64,000 nucleotides of DNA. Source: the human T2T-CHM13v2.0 reference genome, Homo sapiens. Numbering within the stretch: the first letter of the stretch is position 1; every line of letters starts with the position of its first letter. Positions 14,941 to 31,049 of this stretch are shown in pieces. The position numbers were made by a program, and so were the translations under genes. The stretch is from the NCBI RefSeq assembly GCF_009914755.1, contig NC_060932.1; one strand, 5' to 3'. The notes below the pieces were generated by a model. That model worked only from the letters and a program-made list of their open reading frames with translations, was not told the origin of the DNA and made no database searches.

Positions 14941-15659
14941 GCTATCCGAGTTTTAAAACATTTTAAAAAATAAAATTAAAAAGATGTGCCAGGAGTACTC
15001 TAACTCCCTTCCAAACCCTGGGTCTCATCACCACCTCCTGAGACTTTTTAAAAAATTTCCCATCACAGAGGAAACAGCAGCTTCTTTCTCGGCTAAGTAA
15101 ATGCTTTCTTTTCCCTCCTTGCCCTCATGTGTTCTTGATTTTTGCTCTGTTTCTCCTCTCTCTCCTGTAGGACACAAGTAAACTCTGCTAAGTTCTCATC
15201 TTCTTTAATTCTCCCTCCAGATTTTTAAGAGGGAGCAGCCCTAAGGAGAGGATTACAATCGCCAGTTGGTAGCCATAGGAAAGGAATTGATCCCAAGCAC
15301 AGGCTGAGACAACTGTATTTGTCTTCCCTAAGGCCAATGAATCCTCAGTGAACTGTCTGTACAACAGCCTTTACTGTTCTGTTGACATTCTGAGGACATC
15401 TGTCTTGCATTCTTCACCACGTCTGGGAAGCCTCATGTCTAGGGGCCTCATAGATACCTGCTAAGTTGACCTGAGACATCACGCAGGCATCATGGGGCTG
15501 GGGAGTGGAGTTCACCTTCTCCTGGCCCCCACATGACCTTGGCATTTTCATACAGCAATGTCTCTTGTGAGAGGGCCCCATAAGAAGCAGTTCAAGGGCA
15601 CCCCAAGCCCTAATGCCCAAGTCTCTGAGTACTGTTATTATGCAATGTCCTTACCCCAG

Positions 15660-16282
<623 letters not shown>

Positions 16283-17065
16283 CTGGGTAGTTTGCTTTAT
16301 TTGTTCAAGGAAGAAAGCATAAATTCCAACAGTTGATAAGGAAAACACTTCTCCTTTGCCAGCCTCCTATCTCATCCTCCCTAATTTAAAAAAAATCTCA
16401 CTTTCTTGTCGTTTCCCATCTTGCAGCTCTTGTCAGTTGTTTTAAAACAACTGTTTTAAAACATGTCTCCTGTCATCAATAAAGTCATCATTATGCATTT
16501 TGGCTGCAGTGATGAAAAATTCACCCAGCTTAGAGAGAGGACAGAGACCTGGGAGAGCCCATTCAGGCCTGATGGGAAGTGAGAATAAACATAAGGAAAA
16601 GGACACATTCGACTCATGGTTTTTAACTGCTGTCGCTTTTCTGGTTCTGGTTGGTTTGATTTTGTTGTTGTTGCTGTTTAGTTATTTGTACATTGGTTTA
16701 TTTCTTTAAGGAAATTAAGGAGAAAAACAAACACACCCTGGAAGAAAGCAGTGGTGCTGACCTCATCAATGTCAGGCCTCGAGAGACACAGAAGGAGTGC
16801 CTCAGGATGCCCAGTGACTGTTCTTCAGCACACGGGGCAGCAAGTGACACAGACGCAGTGGGTGACACAGAACTAGAATTCTTGCTAGAAGTTTACTTTA
16901 GACATCCTGGAATTTCCACTCATCCTGACTCTACAAGCACATCAAGATACTGACCAGTCCTGATCCTTCTTCCCAGTGTCACAGAGTCAAAGTCACTCAC
17001 AAAGAGTGCAGTTTGACCCCGAGGCCCAAGCCCGGGACTGATGGTGAAGAGACGAAAGTTGGGCT

Positions 17066-17196
17066 TCAGCTACTGGGGAGGCTGAGGTAGGGGGATCGAT
17101 TGAGCCTGGGAGATCAAGGCTGCAGTGGGTCAAGATCATGTCACTGCACTCCAGCCTAGGCAACAGAGCAAGACCCTGTCTCAAAAAAAAAAAAAA
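17066..17196 (+). mobile_element. Alu right-arm fragment
   Basis: cagctactggggaggctgagg...gaccctgtctc followed by poly-A. Confidence 0.85.
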
Positions 17197-17939
17197 TGGG
17201 GGGCTTGAGCTGTGAGTCTTTGCAATGAGAAGCTGTGTAAACCAAAATGCCTAGTGAATGAGAGACTCTGCTTGACTGTTTTTTTCTTCGTAAATGGTTG
17301 ATAAAGCAGAAAATTCTCAACATCTCTGCCCTTGTTGAGAAATTATATAGATGCGCCCTTTGTACCTTTAAATTTTGCAGGTAATACCTATGCAAAAAAT
17401 AAATAAAAACAAGGACAAAATAAAAACAACTTTCCTGCCCTGGTGAGTCCTCTACTAACAATAATTATTTATTTCATGTTTTGATATCTTCCAGTGCTTT
17501 ACAGTTCTCATTCGGGCAATTCATGATTAAGCCTGAAGATGAACCTCTGCTGACACTACCAAAATCATTTCATATATTTATTGTCTTTGACATAACCTTT
17601 GCCTTTTTATGAACATGATCCAAAAAGGTCTGGATAAACCAGAGTTTTAATTAGGTTTCAGTTACTGGAAATTCTGCTTTGTTAAAATATCTATTTGTCA
17701 ATATCCTGGATTCTTTTAGGCTAGCTTTGATGTATTCCTCTCCTCCTTCTTCTCTTACTAAAGGATGGAGAGGGTGGGAAGGGGAGAAGGGGAACATGAG
17801 AAGCATGATATTTACTTAAATCCAAAGATGGAAATGCAACCACTTCCTCTATGAGCCTTTATAGTTCTCCAAATGAATGTGACCAGAAGGTCCCAGAGGC
17901 ATTTCCTGTGTATTCCTGCTCACACCCCAAAGCTGAATT

Positions 17940-18330
<391 letters not shown>

Positions 18331-18389
18331 TGAATTTCTAACACACTCCAAGGCTACCCTACCAATTTTCTTAAAACAGAGTTGTTCTG

Positions 18390-20196
<1,807 letters not shown>

Positions 20197-21127
20197 GTTT
20201 AAGGGTGGCGGAAGAAAATATATATATATATATGTATTTGCCAATATGTGAAAAAATACCTCTGGAAGGATGGGCAATAAACTCAAAGCACTGATGCACT
20301 GAGAATGATCAACAGCTGGAAGAAGGTTTTTTCCACTCATAGCTTTGGAAATTGGTGCCATGGGAATGCACTTCATTATAAATAAATAAAATGCATTTTT
20401 CGACAAACTTAAAAATAATTCTAAATCACTTTTAAAGGGGGCTTGTTATGTAAATCCCCACTCTGAATGAACCATTATACTTTTGGCCATGAGTTTGGTT
20501 GGGGCCGCACTTCTCAGGCCCCCTTCTCCAAGCAGAGGCTGGCAGAGGGCCACTGAAATAAACACTCCTTGAAATTTTCCTGACATCTTAGAATTTGGTT
20601 TTATCAAATACAACTTGCGATCATCAAGTCACTTCCTGAACAGCTCCCCTTTTTCTCGAATTGTGTTTGTTTAAATGAATTTGGAGCTGCCCATCCCAGC
20701 TTGGAAGACTGGCCGAGAAAGGGGCACATTTTGGACAAGCCTAGACGTTTATTCCTTAGAAAGGGGGTCATGGAAATATCATCACCTTCATGACTAAAGC
20801 CACGGCGAGGGTCAGAACCAGGTGATAACTCACAGCCTGACACCCAGCAAGGTCTTCTGGAGGGGCTGAGGTTTCCTGTGGTTCTGGCTAGCGGTCACTC
20901 AATGCAGGGAAGGGCAGGATGCTGGGGGGCACAATGCCCTCAGGTAAGCATGGGCCCTGCTTCTTATTTCAGGGGCCTTTCACTCTAATCCTGGATTCCC
21001 CTTCCACCCAAGTGAGAGAAGGTGCATGAACACACCTAGAATAATGCCTGCACCCAGAAGCTGCTCGGTAAACGTTACTGGAAATCTGAATTTAATTTGA
21101 AGTAAATGCACTTAAAAAAGAAGTGGG

Positions 21128-21720
<593 letters not shown>

Positions 21721-22189
21721 TCAGGGAGCAACTGAAAGATGGGGATACTAAGCAGGATTTCAATTACAGCCTCCTGACTTTTTTATTTCTTAATCTGCAA
21801 AAGGAGCACGCAGATGCAGAGAGGATAGGAACGTGCAGCTGCTGAATGTGCATCATCGAGAGACAGGCACGGGGCTTGCTGGCTTCCTCTGGTCTTTACC
21901 CACCATGAAATCGCCTTGAGCCTTCACCTACCAAGTGGTCCATAAAGAGTAACTGAATGCATGATTAATTGAGTTAATCAATTCAATCTAATCAATTAAT
22001 GGAATAAATGGAAGCTCCCCTCACTTCCTTCTCTGCCTCAGTTTTCTCCCTCCCCTATTTCTCATTTCTCAAGATGAAAGGAAAATCTGATGGAGAAGAC
22101 CAGCCCTCTGGAAAATGATCAATTTGTCTTCAGTTTCTCCTCCTGCTCTCTCTGACTTTAAGCCTCCCTCTCCTTCAGTCCCGCACTCT

Positions 22190-23760
<1,571 letters not shown>

Positions 23761-24533
23761 ACCGCTCTGTTAGGCAATAAGTACACAAAGAGGATGAGGA
23801 AAACAAGAAGCATTCACAGTCCAGTGGGAGATCAGACAAGGAAGCAAATAGTGGCAGATGCCATGTGATAGGTGTAATAATAGAACATAATACCAACTGT
23901 GAGAATGTAGAAGAGGGAGCCTCTTGAGTCATCGGTGGGGCGGGCTTCCTGCAGGGCTGGCTGTCCTGGTCTTAGCCTGCTTGCTCCCACTGTTCCCTGG
24001 TGCCCCTCTCGTGCCCCAGGCTGTGTCTGAAGCCGGGGGATGGGGCAGACAGAGGAAGCGCCTTCAAGTGCCCTGAGTGCAGTGTGCTAAATCAGGGCTC
24101 CCGGCCAAAGCAGTAATTGCCAGCCGCTGAAAGATATTAAGCGCCAGGGAGGAAAACCAAGTTCTCTATGAGGCAGACTTTTCAGAGTTCTTACAGCTTG
24201 TAAAAAAAAAAAAAATGTAAATAGTTACCCAGTGAGATATTATTTCATGTTGTTGCCATTAGGGTTTGAGTGTTATGCAGAGAGAGGAGAGAGAGGCGAT
24301 CATTCAGGCAATTCTGCCTCGGCAAGGACTGAAAACTACACATTAACCCCACACAACAAATCTACCCCCTCTAGGTCTTAACCTGACTCGAGCATTTTTT
24401 CCTGGGTGGTGAATTTTATGTAAATTGAAGTAGTGAAAAAATAATCTATACATATTCACAGTTTCTTAAAGGATTTTCTTGATGGCTTCTAGGGAGGGAT
24501 GGGCTATTTTTTTTTTTTTTTAAGACACATTGC

Positions 24534-24962
<429 letters not shown>

Positions 24963-27725
24963 TCAGACACAAATGATGCAATCGGTTACAGCCATCATTT
25001 ACCTTCAACTTTCTTTGTGCCAAGCATGAAACAGGTGACATGCATTGTCTGCTTCTGGTCTCCCAACTCTGAAGTGGCCACGCTTCCATTTTACCCTGGA
25101 GGAAACCAAAGCTTAGGGAGGTTCACTTGCCCGGGGTCCCCACAGCAGCCTGGTTCTGGGCCTGACTCTCTTCAGCTTGAACTGAGAATGATAGCAACAC
25201 CTGATGTTTATTAAGCGCCTGACATACCGAACTGTCATTCTTCACCACAGTGTCATGGGGGCACTCTCAGGCAGCCCTCTCCCCTGTCCCATTTTAATGG
25301 TGGCCGCTCATTCCCAGGGCCATCTGAGGAGGACCTGGACAGTGGAAGGCCCCTGAGCCACGCATCTGCCACTTTTTTGCAGAGGGAGAACCTGTGTCAT
25401 ATGTCCTGAACAGGGATGTCTTACTCGGGCCTTCCAACCACATCGCCCTCCATAAACACAGCCCATCTGAATACAGAGCCACATTCCCTCCCAGGTGACA
25501 AGCCATTCCTCTGAAAACTACACTTGCCTTCAGGCCCCGAGGGCCCCATTTAGTGCTCTGTATAGGTTAGCATTTTAGCTAAGTGAATGGTGAATCCCAA
25601 TTGTAATAATCATCTAGCAGTGTTTTAATTAGGCCTCTGGCCTGGCTATGCATGGTTTTTCATTTTCCCTCCTAAGACGTTTGGATGGATCCAGCCAAAG
25701 AAACCCTGCTGCCCTGACCAGCAGCTCAAAGTGTGTCCCTCCCGCCTTGCATGCTTTCAGAGGTGTGTCCTACCACTTCCCAGGAGGTGGGAGCAGGCCA
25801 ATCTGTGTGCCCGTCAGTAATTACCACTGGGAGCTCAGGGAGTGAGGTGTTTTTAACAGGACAGTATAGTATTACCTAGGCAAATCCCCCATCACATCCT
25901 GCCAGTCTGTCCTTACCTCCTCTTCTCTCCCTTCCTTTCCTTCATTCACTACCTTTTTCCTTCTCTTTTCCTCTCCAAACAGAGAGTGAATATTCTATTG
26001 TCCTCTCTCTTCTCCCCTCTCTCCTTTCAGCTGCCTCCTGCTCTGTTTTCCAAATTCCTAAATACCTCTTCCCTCTCCCCTCCCCTTTTCCTCCTGACTT
26101 ATTTCCCATTAATCATTTCTAACACACATCTGCTCAGGCCCTAGAAGGATCCCTTGGCTCCCTCTCACAGCTGGGCTGGTTACAATAATCAGGGAGACTT
26201 TCATCTTTCACAGCCTCCTAGGTCTCCCCTCTGCCCAGCTCCTCCTCCTCTGCGTTCCTGCAAAGGCCAGCCTCTCTGCACCCTGGCTTCCTTCTGCCCT
26301 TCCCGCTCTACACAGCAGTCTCCCGAAGGCAAAATGGCTTGTGGGTGGACACAGCCCTGCAGTGGACTTTTACAGGTGGTGTTTGCAGTGATGGCAATGG
26401 CTGCCCGCACAGAAGTCGGCATGAGAAGCCTGCCACGATGAAATAAATGAGATCACTCCCTCCCTTTTCATTCCCGCACCCCTCTTGCTGCAATGTGGGA
26501 TCCATCTCACAGTCAGGGTACCCCTTTCCATTCGGCGTAACATGATTTTACCAAGATTAAAATTGGGGAACATGTAATTACAGCTTGTGTAATTTCTAAG
26601 CATTCTATAAGTGCTGCCCAAAATACAGTATGGATCCAGGGAGTGCACTTAGTTTTGGGTATGACTGATACTGCCTGGAAGTGGGGTCTGCTGTCTTCTA
26701 CTACTGGGCAAGATACAGATTCGTGATAGCTATTTCTTTCTGTTTGAAGAGCTCCTTTGAAATCACCTCTCCCCATCTTGGGTTCTCAGGTCATCTCAAG
26801 GCGTCGGTCAGCGCGGCAGAGTCGGGAACCTGCCATCCTAGAGCAATACGCCCCGAGTGACAGCCCTGACAACCGGAGTGATGGATCGGGACTGGAAAAG
26901 TGGTGCTGGGAGCCAGGCAGTGACACCAGCGCGCCTCCACTGGCCGCCGAGCGCACGGAGAAGTGGGCTCCCCAGAGTTCGGCACCCAAAGGACCAACTT
27001 CGCCTCCGGAAAAGCGGCGGATCCGGAACTTGGATGTCAGGACTATGACTACGTAAAATCTCTGCCCAGGGCGAAGCTAGCAATGCACACTGTATCAGAA
27101 AGGCGCAGGGAGTCGGGAAGGGTATTGTTATTTTTAATTAAAAGTTTTTATCCCGAAATTTGCCTGGGGAAAGCAAGTGCTTTTTCCCCCGGAGTGAGAA
27201 GGATGGGGGGGCGGAGGGGTTGTGTTGCCGAGCAGCGCTTAGAGAGAGATCCCCCTCCAGGGACACCCGCCTCGCCCGTGATCTCGGTCTCTCCTCGTAG
27301 CAGCTGGGCGCGGTACAGTGAGGAACTTCACGCCCCTCAGCAGGACACGGTAAGAAGCCTGTAACACACCAGACACCGAGCCTCTAACGCAGGGCGCAGG
27401 CACAGCGCGCACAGCCTGGGGTCCCGCGCTTGGTCGCCGACCATGTCACTCCAGAAGGGAGACAAACTTGCAGGCTTCAGACAAGACGGGCTCAAAGTAG
27501 TTGGAGCTGCCTACGCCGCGTCCCGAGAACAGTGGGTGCCTCCGAGGCTCGGGCGCTTCCAAGTGAACACACCAAGGGGAGGCCAAGTAGGGGAAGGAGA
27601 GCGGGGCCGAGGAGAGCCGGAGCAGCTCTGGAGAAGGACCCGGGCTCCCGAGGCGAGGCCTGCCCCCAGGCGGCCTCTGGGAGAGGCTTGAACTCCAGCG
27701 TCCCAGAGCCCGCGCCGTGCGATCC

Positions 27726-27758
27726 CTCCCACCCCACCCCACCCCACCCCACCCCACC
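27726..27758. repeat. (CCCCA)n repeat, G-quadruplex-capable on the minus strand
   Basis: About six CCCCA units upstream of the promoter. Confidence 0.85.
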
Positions 27759-27989
27759 TCGGACACACACGGCGGGCGGGGTTACAGCCCCCGCCAGCAT
27801 CACCCCCCACCCACCCAGTGGTGAGAAGGGAGAGAGGAGAGAGAGCGGCCGGAAAGGAGGACGGGGCGCAGAGCTCAGGGTCCCGGAGAAGTCCCGTCCC
27901 AGGCGGGGGACCCCAGGGCGAGGAAGGCCCAGTCGGGGGGAGGGGAGGAATCCCGGGAGCGGCCGAGACCGAGGCAGCGGCGGCGCGCG

Positions 27990-28170
27990 GCGCGGCCCCT
28001 TTAAGGCTCTCCCCGCCCACCGATGGAGCCGGCCTCAGCCCGCCGCTCTCCCCGCCCCGGGGTCCCGGCGAGAGCTGCGATTGGGCGGGCGCGGCGATCC
28101 CTTTGAAGTGTGGCTGCCGATCGCGGCTATTTGACGTGCGGCTCGAGGAAGGCGAAGGTTTTTGTGTTGC
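27990..28170 (+). promoter_or_regulatory. Probable ZNF703 proximal promoter
   Basis: GC boxes (ccccgccc, gggcggg), reverse CCAAT (gattgg ~28079), TCF/LEF-type CCTTTGAAG 28100-28108 and tgacgt ~28132, about 200-350 nt upstream of the ATG. The TSS itself is inferred. Confidence 0.6.
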
Positions 28171-28354
28171 TAGCCGGGGCCAGCGGCGGTGGCGGCGGCG
28201 GCGGAGGCGTCGGTGGAGGAGGGGAGGCGGCGAGGAGGCGCAGCTCCCGCTGCACCGCGATCGACGCTGCGGAGCGAGCCCACCCGCCCCGGGAGCTCGC
28301 CTCCCCGGTGCTCCCCCGCCCTCCCCGCCCCCCCAGCGGCGCTGCCTCCTCCAA

Positions 28355-28597
28355 ATGAGCGATTCGCCCGCTGGATCTAACCCAAGGACACCCGAAAGCA
28401 GCGGCAGCGGCAGCGGCGGCGGCGGGAAGAGGCCGGCGGTGCCGGCAGCGGTGTCCCTCTTGCCACCGGCGGACCCCCTGCGCCAGGCGAACCGGCTCCC
28501 GATCAGGGTCCTGAAGATGCTGAGCGCTCACACCGGTCACCTCCTGCACCCGGAGTACCTGCAGCCGCTGTCCTCCACTCCCGTCAGCCCCATTGAG
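28355..28597 (+). CDS. ZNF703: ZNF703 coding exon 1 (81 aa, MSDSPAGSNPRTP...PVSPIE)
   Basis: ATG at 28355 is in the frame of ORF 27818..28723. It encodes the NET-family N-terminal motif NRLPIRVLKML..HPEYLQPL and ends at the phase-0 donor GAG|GTCAGT. Confidence 0.97.
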
Positions 28598-29519
28598 GTC
28601 AGTCCCCGGCCGCTGCCCCCGGGCGCCGGCCCCATTCCTCCCACCGCGACCGGGACCCTGACCCAGCTCCCAGCGCCCCGGGGCTCGGTGCGACACCCAA
28701 GTCTGGTCACGCTGGCGGGCTGAGTGAGGAGGGGAAGAAAACCGAGGGATCAGAGCCCACCAGGGCTTCCCCAGGCTTCCCCGTGGAAGGGTCTCCTTCC
28801 ACGCTCGCCCTTCGGAGCTCCGTGTTTTCTCTCGGATTGGATTTGCTCCTGGAGTCCCCTCTGGGTCCTTTACTTTTCCTCTGATCCCCAGTTTCCAGCC
28901 AGGAGTTGGTCTCTGCTGGGTCTTCCCCGCCCCCCACGCCGGGCTGTTTTCTTTGAAGCCCTGGCTGCCCGGGTCCCACTTCGCCTCTGTCCCATCCGGT
29001 GAGGGCGCACGGCGCCCTGGCGCTCCCGATCCCGGATCTTTCTTCCTGCCTCTTCCCTGGGTGCCCTCCCCGGGAGGGAGGGGCTACGGAGAGAGCGCCA
29101 ACTGCAGCCCCTCCTTTAGAATCCGCGCTCCCCTCTCCTACCCCGCGGCGCCATCGCCAGAAACCCGTCCCAAGCGAAGTTCCCCCAAACTAAAGGAATA
29201 AGTTTTTTCCTGGGCCTGGAGGAGGGGGACATTAGAGGGAAGTGGCGAGTCACAGCCCCGACTCCAGAGACGTCACCTTCTCCCGCAGGGGTCCTGGGTG
29301 AACTCCTTCCGCAGGGCCTGCGGCGCACCCCGGGACCCAGCGGCAGTGTGGGCGCAGTTCCGCCAGCTGCCGCGCCCGGCCCGGCCCTCGCTCGCAGACC
29401 CTCTCCCCAGGCCCGCCCCGCCCCGTGGCGCCGCCGCCCAGCTCCCCGGGCGCCCCCGCTCGCCCCGCAGGCCTCTGAGTCTCACTCCTTCTCCCTCCCC
29501 CTGCTTCTGTCTCCCACAG
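28598..29519 (+). other. ZNF703: ZNF703 intron (922 bp, GT-AG, GC-rich)
   Basis: GTCAGT donor and ctgcttctgtctcccacAG acceptor; splicing joins SPIE to LDAKKSPL in frame. Confidence 0.95.
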
Positions 29520-31049
29520 CTGGACGCCAAGAAGAGCCCCTTGGCGCTGCTGGCTCAGACCTGCTCGCAGATCGGCAAGCCGGACCCGCCGCCCTCCTCC
29601 AAACTCAACTCGGTGGCGGCGGCGGCCAACGGGCTGGGAGCGGAGAAGGACCCCGGCCGCTCAGCCCCGGGCGCCGCCTCCGCAGCCGCGGCCCTGAAGC
29701 AGCTGGGGGACTCACCGGCCGAGGACAAGTCCAGCTTCAAGCCCTACTCCAAGGGCTCCGGCGGCGGCGACTCCCGCAAAGACAGCGGCTCCTCCTCGGT
29801 GTCTTCCACCTCCTCCTCGTCCTCCTCGTCCCCGGGAGACAAGGCGGGCTTCAGGGTCCCCAGCGCCGCCTGCCCGCCCTTTCCCCCGCATGGAGCGCCG
29901 GTCTCCGCATCCTCGTCCTCGTCGTCGCCCGGCGGCTCCCGCGGCGGCTCCCCGCACCACTCTGACTGCAAGAACGGCGGCGGGGTTGGCGGCGGGGAGC
30001 TGGACAAGAAAGACCAGGAGCCCAAGCCCAGCCCGGAGCCGGCAGCCGTGAGCCGCGGCGGCGGTGGGGAGCCCGGGGCGCACGGTGGCGCCGAGTCCGG
30101 GGCCTCCGGGCGCAAGTCCGAGCCGCCCTCGGCGCTGGTGGGGGCCGGCCACGTGGCGCCGGTGTCTCCCTACAAGCCGGGCCACTCGGTGTTCCCGCTG
30201 CCGCCCTCCAGCATTGGCTACCACGGCTCCATCGTGGGCGCCTACGCCGGCTACCCGTCTCAGTTCGTGCCTGGCCTGGATCCTAGCAAGTCCGGCCTCG
30301 TGGGAGGCCAGCTGTCTGGGGGCCTGGGCCTGCCGCCGGGCAAGCCCCCCAGCTCCAGCCCGCTCACCGGGGCCTCCCCGCCCTCCTTCCTGCAGGGATT
30401 ATGCCGCGACCCCTATTGCTTGGGAGGTTACCACGGCGCCTCGCACCTCGGCGGCTCCAGCTGCTCCACCTGCAGCGCGCACGACCCTGCCGGGCCCAGC
30501 CTGAAGGCGGGGGGCTACCCGCTGGTGTACCCCGGGCACCCGCTGCAGCCCGCCGCGCTCTCGTCCAGCGCCGCCCAGGCCGCGCTCCCCGGCCACCCGC
30601 TCTACACCTACGGCTTCATGCTGCAGAACGAACCGCTGCCGCACAGCTGCAACTGGGTGGCAGCCAGTGGGCCGTGCGACAAGCGCTTCGCCACCTCGGA
30701 GGAGCTGCTCAGCCACCTACGGACCCACACGGCCCTGCCGGGAGCCGAGAAACTTCTGGCCGCCTACCCCGGGGCCTCGGGCCTGGGCAGCGCCGCCGCC
30801 GCCGCCGCCGCCGCCGCCTCCTGCCATCTGCACCTCCCCCCGCCCGCCGCCCCCGGCAGCCCCGGGTCGCTGTCCTTGCGGAATCCACACACTTTGGGCC
30901 TAAGCCGGTACCACCCCTATGGCAAGAGCCACTTATCCACAGCGGGGGGCCTGGCCGTGCCGTCCCTCCCCACAGCCGGACCCTACTATTCGCCATACGC
31001 GCTGTATGGACAGAGACTAGCTTCAGCCTCGGCGCTGGGATACCAGTAA
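29520..31049 (+). CDS. ZNF703: ZNF703 coding exon 2 (509 aa plus stop; spliced protein 590 aa)
   Basis: Polypyrimidine tract and CACAG|CTG acceptor in phase with exon 1. Contains the Sp motif SPLALLAQTCSQIG, FKPY Groucho-type motif, Buttonhead box CRDPYC, one C2H2 finger CNWVAASGPCDKRFATSEELLSHLRTH, poly-Ala and the C-terminus YALYGQRLASASALGYQ. Confidence 0.97.
   Translation: MDAKKSPLALLAQTCSQIGKPDPPPSSKLNSVAAAANGLGAEKDPGRSAPGAASAAAALKQLGDSPAEDKSSFKPYSKGSGGGDSRKDSGSSSVSSTSSSSSSSPGDKAGFRVPSAACPPFPPHGAPVSASSSSSSPGGSRGGSPHHSDCKNGGGVGGGELDKKDQEPKPSPEPAAVSRGGGGEPGAHGGAESGASGRKSEPPSALVGAGHVAPVSPYKPGHSVFPLPPSSIGYHGSIVGAYAGYPSQFVPGLDPSKSGLVGGQLSGGLGLPPGKPPSSSPLTGASPPSFLQGLCRDPYCLGGYHGASHLGGSSCSTCSAHDPAGPSLKAGGYPLVYPGHPLQPAALSSSAAQAALPGHPLYTYGFMLQNEPLPHSCNWVAASGPCDKRFATSEELLSHLRTHTALPGAEKLLAAYPGASGLGSAAAAAAAAASCHLHLPPPAAPGSPGSLSLRNPHTLGLSRYHPYGKSHLSTAGGLAVPSLPTAGPYYSPYALYGQRLASASALGYQ
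30792..30818 (+). repeat. (GCC)9 coding polyalanine tract
   Basis: Nine uninterrupted GCC codons just after the zinc finger. Confidence 0.95.

Noticed and set aside
21950-22010. Cluster of TGATTAAT/TTAATCA motifs
   Set aside because: Follows L2-tail-like tgaatgcatga sequence, so it is probably repeat-derived low complexity rather than a member of the enhancer family.
27285-27356. Possible upstream micro-exon (ctctcctcgtAG ... ACG|GTAAGA)
   Set aside because: Splice-like signals alone, with no partner exon or transcript evidence, are common by chance.
27818-28723. 301-aa ORF as a stand-alone gene
   Set aside because: It is ZNF703 exon 1 plus GC-rich 5' sequence and read-through into the intron; it begins at a non-ATG codon and crosses a clear splice donor.
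28598-29519. Retinoic acid response element in the intron
   Set aside because: Znf703 is described as RA-responsive, but by eye I found only isolated half-sites (AGGTCA at the donor, TGAACT ~29299) and no clean DR1/DR2/DR5; a PWM scan is needed.
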